Source of the DNA: Squalus acanthias
Taxonomy: Eukaryota
DNA length: 64,000 nucleotides
Direction of reading: 5' to 3'
Assembly: GCA_030390025.1 (NCBI GenBank)
Contig: CM059432.1
Coordinates: 150,910,001-150,974,000, forward strand
The position numbers were made by a program, and so were the translations under genes. Of the stretch, positions 1 through 11,493 are shown one piece after another; the stretch's first letter is position 1; each line of letters begins with the position of its first letter. The notes below the pieces were generated by a model. That model was not told the origin of the DNA and did no database searches. It saw only the letters and a program-made list of their open reading frames with translations.

Positions 1-265
1 TGGAGGCGACGGAGGTTGAGCAGTTTCCCGTTTGTTCTGTAAATTAGCTCCACTCCAGCGGGGAGCTTACTGAGGGTGAGATGGAGCATTGCAGCAAGGA
101 AGATCGAGAAGAGCGTTGGTGCGATGACACAGCCTTGCCTGACCCCGGTCCGTACGTGAATTGGGTCTGTGGTGGAACCGTTGGTCAGGATCATGGCTTG
201 CATGTCGTCGTGAAGCAGGCGGAGGATGGTGACAAACTTTTGAGGGCAGCCGAATTTGAGGAGGA
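1..265 (-). mobile_element. RTE-clade LINE fragment (RT region), continues beyond window start
   Basis: Near-identical to 2933-3197 and to the RTE pieces at 11.9-12.1 kb and 16.8 kb. Minus strand encodes KFGCPQKFVTILRLLHDD...GVRQGCVIAPTLF. Confidence 0.9.
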
Positions 266-748
266 CAACAACAACAACAACAACTTGTATTTATATAGCG
301 CCTTTAACGTAGTAAAACGTCCCAAGGCGCTGCACAGGAGTATTTTAAGACAATAAATTTGACACCGATCCACATAAGGATAAATTAGGGCAGGTGACCA
401 AAAGCTTGGTGAAAGAGGTAGGTTTTAAGGAGCGTCTTAAAGGAGGAAAGAGAGGTAGCGAGGCGGAGAGGTTTAGGCAGGGAATTCCAGAGTTAGGGCC
501 TAGGCAACAGAAGGCATGGCCACCAAAGGTTGAGCGATTCTAATCAGGGATCCTGGAGAGGGCAGAATTAGAGGAGCGCAGATATCTCGGGGCGTTGTGG
601 GGCTGAAGGAGATTACAGAGATAGGGAGGGGCGAGGCCATGGAGGGATTTGAAAACAAGGATGAGAATTTTGAAATCGAGGCGCTGCTTAACCGGGAGCC
701 AATGTAGGTCAGCGAGCACAGGGGTGATGGTTGATGGGCGAACGGGAC
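266..748 (-). mobile_element. L2-clade LINE 3' end with (GTT)n tail
   Basis: (CAA)n run then cttgtatttatatagcgcctttaac...aaagcttggt...aggagcgtcttaaagg. This is the reverse complement of the 3' end at 47389-47640. Confidence 0.75.
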
Positions 749-1529
749 TATTTAAGGGAATACAAGCCTGGTTTATGCAATGATTGTTGATGACATTGGT
801 GGTTGACCAACCAAGAACACATAACGAGGGCCCCCTACAGAGATACCCCTTTTTTCCTCTGCAGCCTTTGCTTGCCCTGCCTCAGTATCTCATCAAAGAA
901 ATAAACCTGCTACTCTGTCTATTGATAGTCTGGATGTACTTAGTGCCTGGCCCCAGCAGCGATGAGATGCACACACTCTGCACAGAAAAATTGGAAGGTG
1001 AATGAACAAGCACATTATACGCCTAGTGAATCCATTCATGATTAACAGGAAAATAACTTGCAATGTAATTGCACACATACTAACAGACTTGAGGAGATAT
1101 TTTTATTCACCAACAAGTTGTGTTTGCTGATTGTATTCCAGGGTCTAGCACGGTGCTCTCTGTGTTATACGGCAATGGTTCAGGTATGTCAAACATTCTC
1201 AATTTCAAATTTATTTGGAACAAGCCAGAGGGAGGACTGATTAATTACCTCAGATGTTACCCCCTGGATAAAATCTGGATCTGTATAGATGCAAATGAAG
1301 GAATTACTTGTGTGAAAATGAAAGGTGTTTTAGAGATCATTTGTACCGCTTTCTAATAAGGGGTGTGTATCGCCATCAATTGGGAAAATATTCAGTAATT
1401 AAAGAGCAGTAAGTTTGACTTCCTTTTCATTCAATTTAATTTTTATATGTATTCTATAAATTTTCTTAGTTATAATGAACAATCCTTTTATTCATATTTG
1501 CAGTACAAGACTTTTCCAATCTTTACCCA

Positions 1530-3716
1530 GTGTCAATCTAGCTCAGTTTATCACACTCTTGCCGCTGAGACAGGAGGTTGTGGGTTCAAGCCCCACGACA
1601 GACTTGAGAAGATAATGTAGGCTGACACCTCATTGCAGTACTGAGAGAGTGCTGCACTGTCAGAATTGCTGTCTTTCAGATGAGATATTAGACTGAGGCA
1701 CTAACTGCCTGTTCAAGTAGATCTCAAAGATTGCACGGCATTAATCGAAGAGGAGCAGGGAGTTCTCCTGTTGTCAACTACCACCAAAAACCCCAGACTA
1801 TCCATCACCTCTGGTTCGTGGGACCTTGTTCTGAGCAAACAGCTGTCATGTTCTAAAGTACAACAGTGATAGCACTTCAAAAACGAATCCATTGAATGTC
1901 TTCTTCTTAGAGAGTCCCTCGGAACTGAGGATGACTTGCTTCCACACTAAAAATGAGTTCGCAGGTGACTGATGAGTCCATTGTGGGACCTACAGTCTCT
2001 GTCACAGGTGGGGCAGACGGTGGTTGAAGGGGCGGGTGGGTGGGGTGCTTGGGTTGACTTGCGCTCCTTGCGCTGGGCTTCCGTTTGCTCCCAGCGAAGA
2101 GACTCGAGGTGTTCGGCGCCTTCCCGGATGCTTCTCCTCCACTTTGTGCGGTCTTGGGCCAGGGAATTCCCAGGTGTCGGTGGGGCTGTTGCACTTTTTC
2201 AAGGAGGCTTTGAGGGTGTCCTTGAAGCATTTCCTCTACCCACCTGGGGCTCTCTTGCCGTGTCGGAGCTCCGAGTAGAGCGCTTGTTTTGGGAGTCTCG
2301 TATCGGGCATGCGGACGATGTGGCCCGTCCATGGGAGCTGATCGAGCGTGGTTAAAGCTTCGATGCTGGGGATGTTGGCCTGAGTGAGAACACTGATGTT
2401 GGTGCGCCTATCCTGCCAATGGATTTGCAGGATCTTGCGGAGGCAGCGTTGGTGGTACCTCTCCAGTGCTTTGAGGTGCCTGCTGTACATGGTCCATGTC
2501 TCTGAAGCATACAGCAGGGCGGGTATTACTACTGCTCTGTAGATCATGAGCTTGGTGCTGGGTTTGAGGTCCTGGTCTTCAAACACTCTCTTCCTCAGGT
2601 GACCGAAGGTTGCACTGGCACACTGAAGGCGGTGTTGGACTTCGTCATCGACGTCTGCCCTTGTTGACAGTAGGCTCCCGAGGTATGGAAAGTGGTCCAC
2701 GTTATCCAAGGCCTCGTCATGGATTTTGATAATCGGGGAGCAGTACTGTGTGGCGGGGGCAGGTTGGTAGAGCACCTTTGTCTTACGGATGTTTAGTGTA
2801 AGGCCCATGCTCTCGTATGCTTCGGTGAAGGCGTTGATGATGGTTTGGAGTTCGACCTCAGTGTGCGCAGACGCAAGCGTCGTCTGCATACTGTAATTCG
2901 ATGACAGAGGATGGGATGACCTTGGATCTGGACTGGAGGTGACAGAGGTTGAACAGTTTCCCGTTTGTTCTGTAGATTAGCTCCACTCCAGCGGGGAGCT
3001 TACTGAGGGTGAGATGGAGCATTGCAGCCAGGAAGATCGAGAAGAGCGTTGGTGCGATGACACAGCCTTGCTTGACCCCGGTCCGTACGTGAATTGGGTC
3101 TGTGGTGGATCCGTTGGTCAGGATCACGGCTTGCATGTCGTCGTGAAGCAGGCAGAGGATGGTGACAAACTTTTGAGGGCAGCCGAATTTGAGGAGGATT
3201 CTCCATAATCCCTCACGGTTGACAGTGTTGAAGGCCTTTGTGTGGTCAAAGAAGGCCATGTACAGCGGTTGGTGCTGTTCCCTGCATTTCTCTTGTAGTT
3301 GACACATGGTGAAGATCATGTCCATTGTGCCCCTTAGTGGGCGGAATCCGCATTGCGACTCTGGGAGGAGCTCTTCAGCCACTGGGAGAAGGCGATTGAG
3401 GAGGATTCTTGTGATGACTTTCCCTGTGGCGGACAGCAGGGAGATTCCTCTGTAATTATCGCAATCGGACTTGTCACCTTTCTTGAAGATGGTCACGATT
3501 ACGATTGAGGTTGAAAAGGCCATCCGACAACTGAAGAACAACAAGGCCTGAGGAGCAGATGGAATCCCCACCGAGGCGCTAAAACATGGCGGAGAAGCAC
3601 TACTGGCACGAATACATGAACTCATTTCTCTTATTTGGAAGGAGGAGAGCATGCCATTGGATGTAAAATGCTATGGGCTGTCCTGATAAGACGCTATATG
3701 AATGCAAGTTCTTTCT
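1530..3716 (+). mobile_element. tRNA-derived Deu-domain SINE (SacSINE1/AmnSINE-like), split by an RTE insertion (SINE parts about 1530-1899 and 3654-3716)
   Basis: A/B-box head (gctcagt...gggttcaagccc), Deu-like core (gtctttcagatgagatatta...gaagaggagcagggagttctcc), tail gcgctatatgaatgcaagttctt-like resumes after the RTE. Confidence 0.75.
1900..3656 (-). mobile_element. 5'-truncated RTE LINE with inverted 5' segment (3506-3656); disrupted RT and C-terminal frames
   Basis: ORFs 2858-3652, 2236-2889 and 1907-2332 carry RT motifs (QCGFR, GVKQG, QYADD, FPYLGS). (GAA)n tail at 1900. TSD ccattgaatgt 1889-1899 / ccattggatgt 3654-3664. Confidence 0.92.
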
Positions 3717-4624
3717 AAGGTAGGTTTACTATGTGTTTTGCATTGACAATAATGATAAGTGTTTCCTGTCAGCTGGATGAACTGGCATGGTTAGTCCGGG
3801 CATTCTGTCAATCATTAATGCACAATACTGCTGCACAGAGACAAGAAACAATTGTTGCTGATGCCAACACCCCTGTCAGCATTCCAACATAACATCATCC
3901 TTTTCCTCTGAACCTGGAGATTGCTGCTCACCTTTGCTACTTGTACAATGCTCCATTATTAAATCATCTCTGATTTCTGCCCACAAAGCTTTTCTGCCGT
4001 TTGTAGTCTTTGCTGGAGCCTTGGGAGCCGGGAAGAATTGCAGTTTGAGTCATACAAGATCAGACCAGCTGTGGGATGGTTGTTGCCAACAGTTCTCCCG
4101 GTATTTTCTGTGGATTACTTACATTCCCACCATGTGATAGAAGAAATGGTTTTATAATCGGTGCTGGGTCTCATGCCTTTGGTCTAATTTTGTTTTATAA
4201 TTGCTTAGCTTACAGTCTGCAATCACACTCCAACTAAGGTAATCTGGTTGCTAGAGGTTCTCCTAGTGAGAATTTGGAACATTATAAAGCTGAGGAATAT
4301 GCTATACCTTTTTCCCTTGACAATTGTCTCCACTCCTTTCCAGAATGCATTGATTCCTTGCTGGATTGCAGTTCCAGGGATGCTGTATACTCCCCGATAA
4401 CTTGCTCGAGTGGCAATTATTCACGTGTGAGATTAGTCAATGAGCATCAGCAAGCTATTCATCACACGTAGGCTTCAGACAAAACCAATCCTATCCTAAC
4501 CGAATGCCCACACTTCCAGCAGGGAGGTTTCTGGATAGTGATTAGGCTGACTTTCCTCTCCCGAACCCAGGCCCCAGCTCTTACTGTCACTGTGGCTGAT
4601 GTAAGTTAATAGTGAAAACCTCGT

Positions 4625-4785
4625 ACAAAAGCAAAATACTGCGGATGCTGGAGGTCTGAAATAAAAACAGAAAATGCTGGAAATACTCAGCAGGTCAGGC
4701 AGCATCTGTAGAGAGAGAAACGGAGTAAACATTTCAGGTTGATGACCCTTCCTCAGAACTGGAAAAAGTTAGAGATGCAACCTGT
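4625..4785 (-). mobile_element. Penelope-like element 3' terminal repeat with degenerate hammerhead core; an inverted partner piece lies at 5587-5656 (+)
   Basis: Nearly identical to 41899-42060, which adjoins a Penelope RT fragment. Minus strand reads CTGAGGA-agggtcatcaacct-GAAA. Confidence 0.75.
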
Positions 4786-5586
4786 TGGTGTTAGGGAAAT
4801 TGACGGGATTGAAGGCCGATAAATCCCCAGGGCCTGATAATCTACATCCTAGGGTACTTAAGGAAGTGGCCCTAGAAATAGTAGATGCATTGCTGGTCAT
4901 CTTCCAAAATTCTATAGAATCTGGAACAGTTCCCATGGATTGGAGGGTAGCTAATGTAACCCCACTATTTAAAAAATATGGTAGAGAGAAAACAGGGAAT
5001 TGCCTTGGTGAGACCACACCTTGAGTATTGTGTGCAGTTTTGGTCACCTTATCTGAGGAAGGATGTTCTTGCCATGGAGAGAGTGCAGCGAAGATTCACC
5101 AGACTGATACCTGGGATGGCAGGAATGACGTATGAGGAGAGATTGGGTCGATTAGGCTTATATTCGCTAGAGTTTAGAAGAATGAGAGGGGATCTTATTG
5201 AAACTTATAAAATTCTAACAGGACTAGACAGACTAGATGCAGGAAGGATGTTCCCGATGGCGGGGGAGTCCAGAACCAGAGGTCAGTGTCTAAGGATAAG
5301 GGGTTTGCCATTTAGGACTGAGATGAGGAGGAATTTCTTCACCCAGAGAGTGGTGAACCTGTGGAATTCTCTACCACACAAGGCAGTTGAGGCCAATTCA
5401 TTAAATATATTCAAGAAGGAGTTAGATATATTTCTTAAGGCTAAAAGGGATCAAGGGATATGGGGAGAAAACAGGGACAGGGGACTGAATTTGGATGATC
5501 AGCCATGATCTCATTAAATGGCGGAACAGGCTCGAGGGGCCGAATGGCCTACTCCTGCTCCTATCTTCTCTGTTTCTATGTTTCTG
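4786..5586 (+). mobile_element. CR1 LINE, 5'-truncated, with large internal deletion of the RT core
   Basis: KSPGPDNLHPRVLKE...VTPLFKK joined at about 5001 directly to LVRPHLEYCVQFW...FFTQRVVNLWNSLP. CR1 3' UTR and (tgtttcta)n tail. Confidence 0.92.
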
Positions 5587-5859
5587 TTAATCGTTAATTC
5601 TGTTTCTCTCTCCTCAGATGCTGCCTGACCTGCTGAGTATTTCCAGCATTTTCTGATTGGACCAAACCTGGTGCCCTTCTGGTATGCATGGTTCAGGCAT
5701 CATTAATTAACTTCCACTGGCCATTGGGAACCTCTCAGTGAACAAACTTAATTTGCCACATTGAAGTGGGGAGGGGCTTGTTGCGATTGACATGGACTAC
5801 AGCCAATCAGGAGGAACAAGGCATTTGCAGATAAAACAGGCAGCAAAGCCCAACCCAAC

Positions 5860-6475
5860 GGCCCAGAATTTGCTGGAGTGCAGCATCTTGCGGAGAGCGC
5901 CACGAGTTAGATTTTTTTCCTCACCCTTAAGCTTCAACTAATTTTTCACCACAAATTGCTGAAACTGCGAGTTGGTAACAGCGCGGGGCATCTGGGACCT
6001 TGGTGAACGACGGGACCAATAGTCTCGCTTCTTAACCAATAATATTTAAGTTTAGAAAAAGAAACAATGAATGACGGAGAAGGAAATAGAGTGAATTAAA
6101 GTCAAATTAGGTACAGAAAGAGAAATAAAGAAATAAATATTGGATTAAGAGAGAGTAAAAAAAGAGAGAATGGAAAAATAAGAAAAAAAATTAAAATTTA
6201 CAAAACCTCTAGTAACAATTTACTACCTGCAGGAGTGAGATTGCTACAGTTTCAATTGTTCCCATTCTGGGCATCCGAGTGGCATTGCAGGAACATAAAT
6301 CATATCATTAAAAAGGTTGTTATGTCGTGAAATACAAGCCCTAACTTTCTGCCATGAGTTTAATTTGTATTTACAGCACAAGTGCAGCAATTTTTGACAC
6401 TCATGAGGAGATTAAAGACAAGCTCCAGTTTTTGCAAGGCTAATGGCAGAGCCAATTGTCCAGCATTTTGTGGTC
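5860..6475. mobile_element. Putative non-autonomous Harbinger-like element (MITE)
   Basis: Imperfect terminal inverted repeats ggcccagaatttgctgg / ccagcattttgtggtc. No ORF. Confidence 0.35.
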
Positions 6476-6992
6476 TTCTTCTTCTTCTTCTTCTTAGGCA
6501 GTCCCTCGGAACTGAGGGTGACTTGCTTCCACACTAAAAATAAGTTCTCAGGTGACTGATGAGTCAAATGCGGGACCTACGTCTCTGTCACAGGTGGGGC
6601 AGACGGTGGTTGAAGGGGTGGGTGGGTGGGGTGCTTGGGTTGACCTGCGCTCCTTGCGCTGCTTGCGCTTGGCTTCCGCTTGCTCCCAGCGAAGAGACTC
6701 GAGGTGTTCGGTGCCTTCCTGGATGCTTCTCCTCCACTTTGTACGGTCTTGGGCCAGGGATTCCCAGGTGTCGGTGGGGATGTTGCACTTTTTCCAAGGA
6801 GGCTTTGAGGGTGTCCTTGAAGCATTGCCTCTGCCCACCTGGGGCTCTCTTGCCGTGTCGGAGCTCCGAGTAGAGCACTTGTTTTGGGAGTCTCGTATCG
6901 GGCATGCGGACGATGTGGCCCGTCCATCGGAGCTGATCGAGCGTGGTCAAAGCTTCGATGCTGGGGATGTTGGCCTGAGCAAGAACACTGAC

Positions 6993-7207
6993 TGTCATAA
7001 ATCGCAAGTAACAACTCAGGAAGTACTACTGGGTGGCCAGCTGGGGCGCCGTCCAGGGAGTATAAATACTCAGGCATGGGCCCACCTTGGGCAGAGACAA
7101 TCTGGAAACAGGAAGCTAGTGACTGCTAACTAGACCTCCATGTTTTGTTACAAGTTGATTAAAGCCTTGCTTTATGTTCAAGTGCGTAGTGAGTCTTTAT
7201 TACGTCA
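6993..7207 (+). repeat. 5' LTR (TATA box tataaata 7061-7068; ATTAAA 7158-7163)
   Basis: Matches 11279-11493 except one T/C difference. Confidence 0.97.
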
Positions 7208-7307
7208 ATTTAATCAACTTGATATCGTCTCCACGCTTTGGGTGATTCGGAACAACCAGCTGCAACTCGAACCACAGAAGGGAACTTGGGCAAGAAACTG
7301 ATCCATC

Positions 7308-10300
7308 ATGGAAAAACTCCTTAGACCCGCTCATCTCGACCTGGACCCGAATGCACCTGCGGCAGCAAAGGTATGGAAGCATTGGTTTCGTACCTTTAGC
7401 AACTTTCTTGAAGAATGTGGGGCGGATGTCCCTAATAAGTTACGAATGCTTATCAACTACGTGTCTCCTCATGTGTATGATTATATTGAGGACTGTATAG
7501 ACTATGACACTGCTATCGAAATCTTACAGCAGCTATATGTCAAGTCCCCAAATGAAATCTTTGCTCGACACCTACTGGCCACAACTCGGCAGCAGCCTGG
7601 GGAATCACTCGATGAATTTCTCCAGAAACTTCGCAGGCTCAGCAAGGATTGTAACCTTAAAGCAGTTTCAGATGAACAGTATCAAGAGGAACTAATCCGC
7701 GATTCCTTCATCAATGGAATCGCGTCCCCTTTTATACGTCAGCGCCTGCTGGAAAATAAAACCCTCAATTTACGGGCTGCTTATGACCAGGCGTGTTCCT
7801 TGGACTTGGCCAAGAAAAATGCAGACACTTATCTCCCACCACGTGCACGGGCGGCGGCTATCTCCTTTAATGAGTCTTTCGGTAGGTCTCGGGCGGATGC
7901 CCCCACTGATGTGGACTCTACTCTAACAGACGACGACCCTACCCTAGAGGCCTTCGCTGATGACGACCCCGCCCTAGCAGCATCCTGGCAATCAGGAAGA
8001 AAGTGTTTCTTTTGTGGAGGGGCGTGCCATCACAGAAAATTTTGCCCGGCTCGTAATGTGACCTGCAATCATTGCAGCAAGAAAGGACACTTTTCCAAGG
8101 TATGCCAGTCACGGGCCTTTGCTAACAAGAAAGGCCGCTCCTCTAAAGTATACCGGTCGAGAGCTCCTGTTAGCTTCACAGCTGCTATCTATGGAGCTGC
8201 TCCTCCCCCAAGAACTACTGTTAAGGCTACAGTTGCCGAAGGGAAAATTGCCCCTCCTCCCATCACGGCTGTTTTTCCCCTAAGTTTGTCCCATGCAGCC
8301 ACGAAGGTTTCAGTAAATGGGCACACTCTAAGCGCGCTAATCGACTCCTGCAGCTCTGACAGCTTCATTAGTAAGCGGGCTGTCAACAGGTTAAAACTGC
8401 ACACTTATCCCTCGGACAGGGAGATTGCAATGGCTCTGACGACTCTGACCACCAATTCTTCTGGCTTCTGTCTGGTCAACCTCATCCTCAACGGCCGCAC
8501 GTATCTCTCCACCCGGCTCGGAGTACTCGCAAACTTATGCAGCGATGTGCTTCTGGGACAGGACTTCCAGAAGCAGCACAAGAAGATCACTTTTGAGTTT
8601 GGAGGGTCAAGGCCGGAGCTTACCATTTCTAAGGTGCCATTTTGTGCACTCTCGGCGGCCTTACTCGGTGAACCCTCCCTGTTTGCCAATCTTCCCCCCC
8701 GCTGTAAACCCATAGCCACCAAATCACGGCGCTTTAGCCAAGATGATCGAGCGTTTATTGAGGCGGAAATCTCTTGCCTTTTAGTCGACGGTATTATCGA
8801 GCCATGTTCATCTCCCTGGCGGGCTCAGGTCGTCATCGTGAGGAATCCCTTAAAACAACATAAAAAACGTCTGTGTATCGATTATTCACAGACTATTAAT
8901 CTATATACCGATCTGGATGCCTACCCGCTGCCACGCATAGATGACATGGTCAACAACCTTGCCAAATACAAGGTATTCTCGACCTTCGATTTAAAAAGCG
9001 CGTACCATCAGGTGCCACTGCAAGACTCCGACAAGAAGTATACGGCCTTTGAGGCCAATGGTCGGCTTTTCCAGTTTCGCCGCCTTCCATTCGGGGTCAC
9101 CAATGGGGTGGCCGTCTTCCAACGGGCCATGGATGGCCTAGTCCGGCAAGAGAACTTGACGGATACCTTTCCGTATTTAGACAATATCACTATTGCCGGC
9201 CATGATCAAAAGGAGCATGACGCCAATCTTCAGAGATTTTTTGACGTACTCCGCCGTCGCCACTTAACGTTAAACGAATCCAAATCGGTGAAGTCGGTGC
9301 CATCGGTGAACATTCTTGGCTACTGGGTGGGCAACGGTGTTATTAAACCGGACCCAGAGCGACTTCGTCCACTTCAGGAGCTCCCTCCCCCGATGAACCT
9401 CGGCTCTCTTCGTCGGGCACTTGGCATGTTTGCTTATTACGCAAAATGGATACCACACTTCTCCGATAAAATACAGCCCCTGCTCCATGCGAAGTCTTTT
9501 CCATTGGAAGCTACGGCTATTTCTGCCTTCAACCTCCTCAGCTGGAGAAAGCCACGCTTCGCTCCATTGACGAAAATCTTCCTTTTGTGGCCGAATGTGA
9601 TGCATCGGAGGTGGCGATCTCCGCTACCTTGAATCAAGGTGGCCGACCTGTGGCATTCCTATCCAGAACCTTGCAGGGTAGCGAGCTCCATTACCCCCCC
9701 GTCGAGAAGGAGGCTACGGCCATCATTGAGGCTGTACGCCAATGGGGTCATTTTCTTGCTCGGCGTCATTTTACGCTTATAACTGACCAGCGCTCTGTGG
9801 CCTTCATGTTGGATAACCGGAGGCGCACGAAAATCAAAAATAATAAAATTCAACTCTGGAGGATGGAGCTGGCTGCCTTTGGATATACTATCTGTTACCG
9901 ACCCGGCAAACAGAACGTGGCCCCAGATACCTTCACACGGGCATTTTGCTCCTCAATGTCAACGTCGACTCTGGCGGATTTGCATATGGACTTATGCCAT
10001 CCTGGTGTGACCCGCATGTTGCACTTTGTGCGCTCCAAAAATCTACCATTTTCAACCGAGGACGTAAAGAAAACATGCTCCTCCTGTAGGATTTGTGCAG
10101 AATCGAAACCACAATTCTTTCGCCCATCAGATGGCTTACTCATACATGCAATGCAGCCTATGCAGAGGCTCAGCATAGACTTTAAAGGGCCATTGCCTTC
10201 GTCGACAAGGAACACCTACCTACTTACGATGGTGGACGAGTATTCACGCTTTCCCTTCGCCTTCCCCTGCCCTAATATGCTTACCTCTACGGTAATTAAA

Positions 10301-11240
10301 TGCCTCGATCAGGTCTTTTCCCTTTGCGGCACGGCCAATTTTATCCACACTGATCGGGGTCCCTCCTTTATGTCGAGTGAACTTAAAAGTTATCTCTCAA
10401 CGGGGAATCGCCTCAAGTAGGACGACACCATATCACCCAATCGGTAACGGACAGGTTGAACGATACAATGCCATCATCTGGAACGCTGTCCGTCTGGCAC
10501 TAAGGTCACGCAACCTGCCGGACCAGCAGTGGGAAACGGTGCTCCCCGACGCGTTACACTCTATCAGGTCTCTTCTCTCCACATCTACTAATGTCACGCC
10601 TCATGAGCGATTCTTCAAATTCCGGCGTCGCTCTACACATGGGACGTCTCTACCGTCATGGTTGGTGGCTCCAGGCCCGGTACTACTCCGAAGGTTCATC
10701 CGGTCTGCCAAAAACGACCTTCTCGTTGACGAGGTGGAGTTAACGGAGGTAAACCCCACGTATGCGCACGTACGGTACCCTGATGGCCGGGAGACCACCG
10801 TCTCGCTCCGAGATCTGGCTCCCTGCCCAACCGGTCACACGGGCCCGAATGATGAAGGATCCCCCGACAATGATATCAACACTCCGCACCCCTATGAAAA
10901 TGACGCCCCGCCTGGGACATCGGGGGATCTGCCAGCAACGCTACCGGATCAACTCAGGGAGCTGGACGCTCCCCGTAGGATGGCCACCCGAAACCAGGAC
11001 GCCGGACAATCTCCAGCCACGACCCGGGATGAGGCCAGCTCAGCACCTGTGGGGACCCGCACCCGGAGTCATGATATTCCCAGTCCTCCACAGGATGATC
11101 AAGATGACGCGGACTCTACTGACTTACCGGTACGGGCCAAGCGACCCAGGGACCAGGACACGGTCCGGGGAGACGTGCCTTCCAGTCACAAGCAGAGAGC
11201 TAAACGTCTGCGGCTATTTCTGGTCCGCCTAGTCCGTTAA
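7308..11240 (+). pseudogene. gag-pol polyprotein of the Gypsy element, split by two frameshifts (about 9540 and 10398) into ORFs 7308-9632, 9587-10420 and 10377-11240
   Basis: Two CCHC knuckles (CFFCGGACHHRKFC, CNHCSKKGHFSKVC), protease LIDSCSS, RT (DLKSAYHQ, LPFGV, YLDN), RNase H (ECDAS, EKE, TDQ), integrase H-H-C-C and IDF/TDRG/QVE. Confidence 0.93.
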
Positions 11241-11278
11241 AGGAAGACTGGACTTCCAAACCTTTTAGGGAGGAAGAA

Positions 11279-11493
11279 TGTCATAAATCGCAAGTAACAA
11301 CTCAGGAAGTACTACTGGGCGGCCAGCTGGGGCGCCGTCCAGGGAGTATAAATACTCAGGCATGGGCCCACCTTGGGCAGAGACAATCTGGAAACAGGAA
11401 GCTAGTGACTGCTAACTAGACCTCCATGTTTTGTTACAAGTTGATTAAAGCCTTGCTTTATGTTCAAGTGCGTAGTGAGTCTTTATTACGTCA
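11279..11493 (+). repeat. 3' LTR
   Basis: Preceded by polypurine tract, followed by TSD CTGAC. Confidence 0.97.

Larger units (their letters stand above)
6993..11493 (+). mobile_element. Full-length Ty3/Gypsy LTR retrotransposon (Mag-like), 4501 bp
   Basis: Two 215-bp TG...CA LTRs, 5-bp TSD CTGAC (6988-6992 / 11494-11498), PPT agggaggaagaa 11267-11278, gag-PR-RT-RH-IN order, no env. Confidence 0.97.

Noticed and set aside
81..356. 91-aa ORF with poly-Asn
   Set aside because: Antisense RTE sequence fused to the (CAA)n L2 tail.
1965..2005. Hammerhead-like gtgaCTGATGAgtcc...ggac...gtcac (also at about 6552)
   Set aside because: No GAAA after stem II; it is the antisense of RTE C-terminal coding sequence.
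10762..11240. Possible env or extra ORF at the Gypsy 3' end
   Set aside because: Low-complexity integrase C-terminal tail with an overlapping alternative frame; no signal peptide or transmembrane segment.
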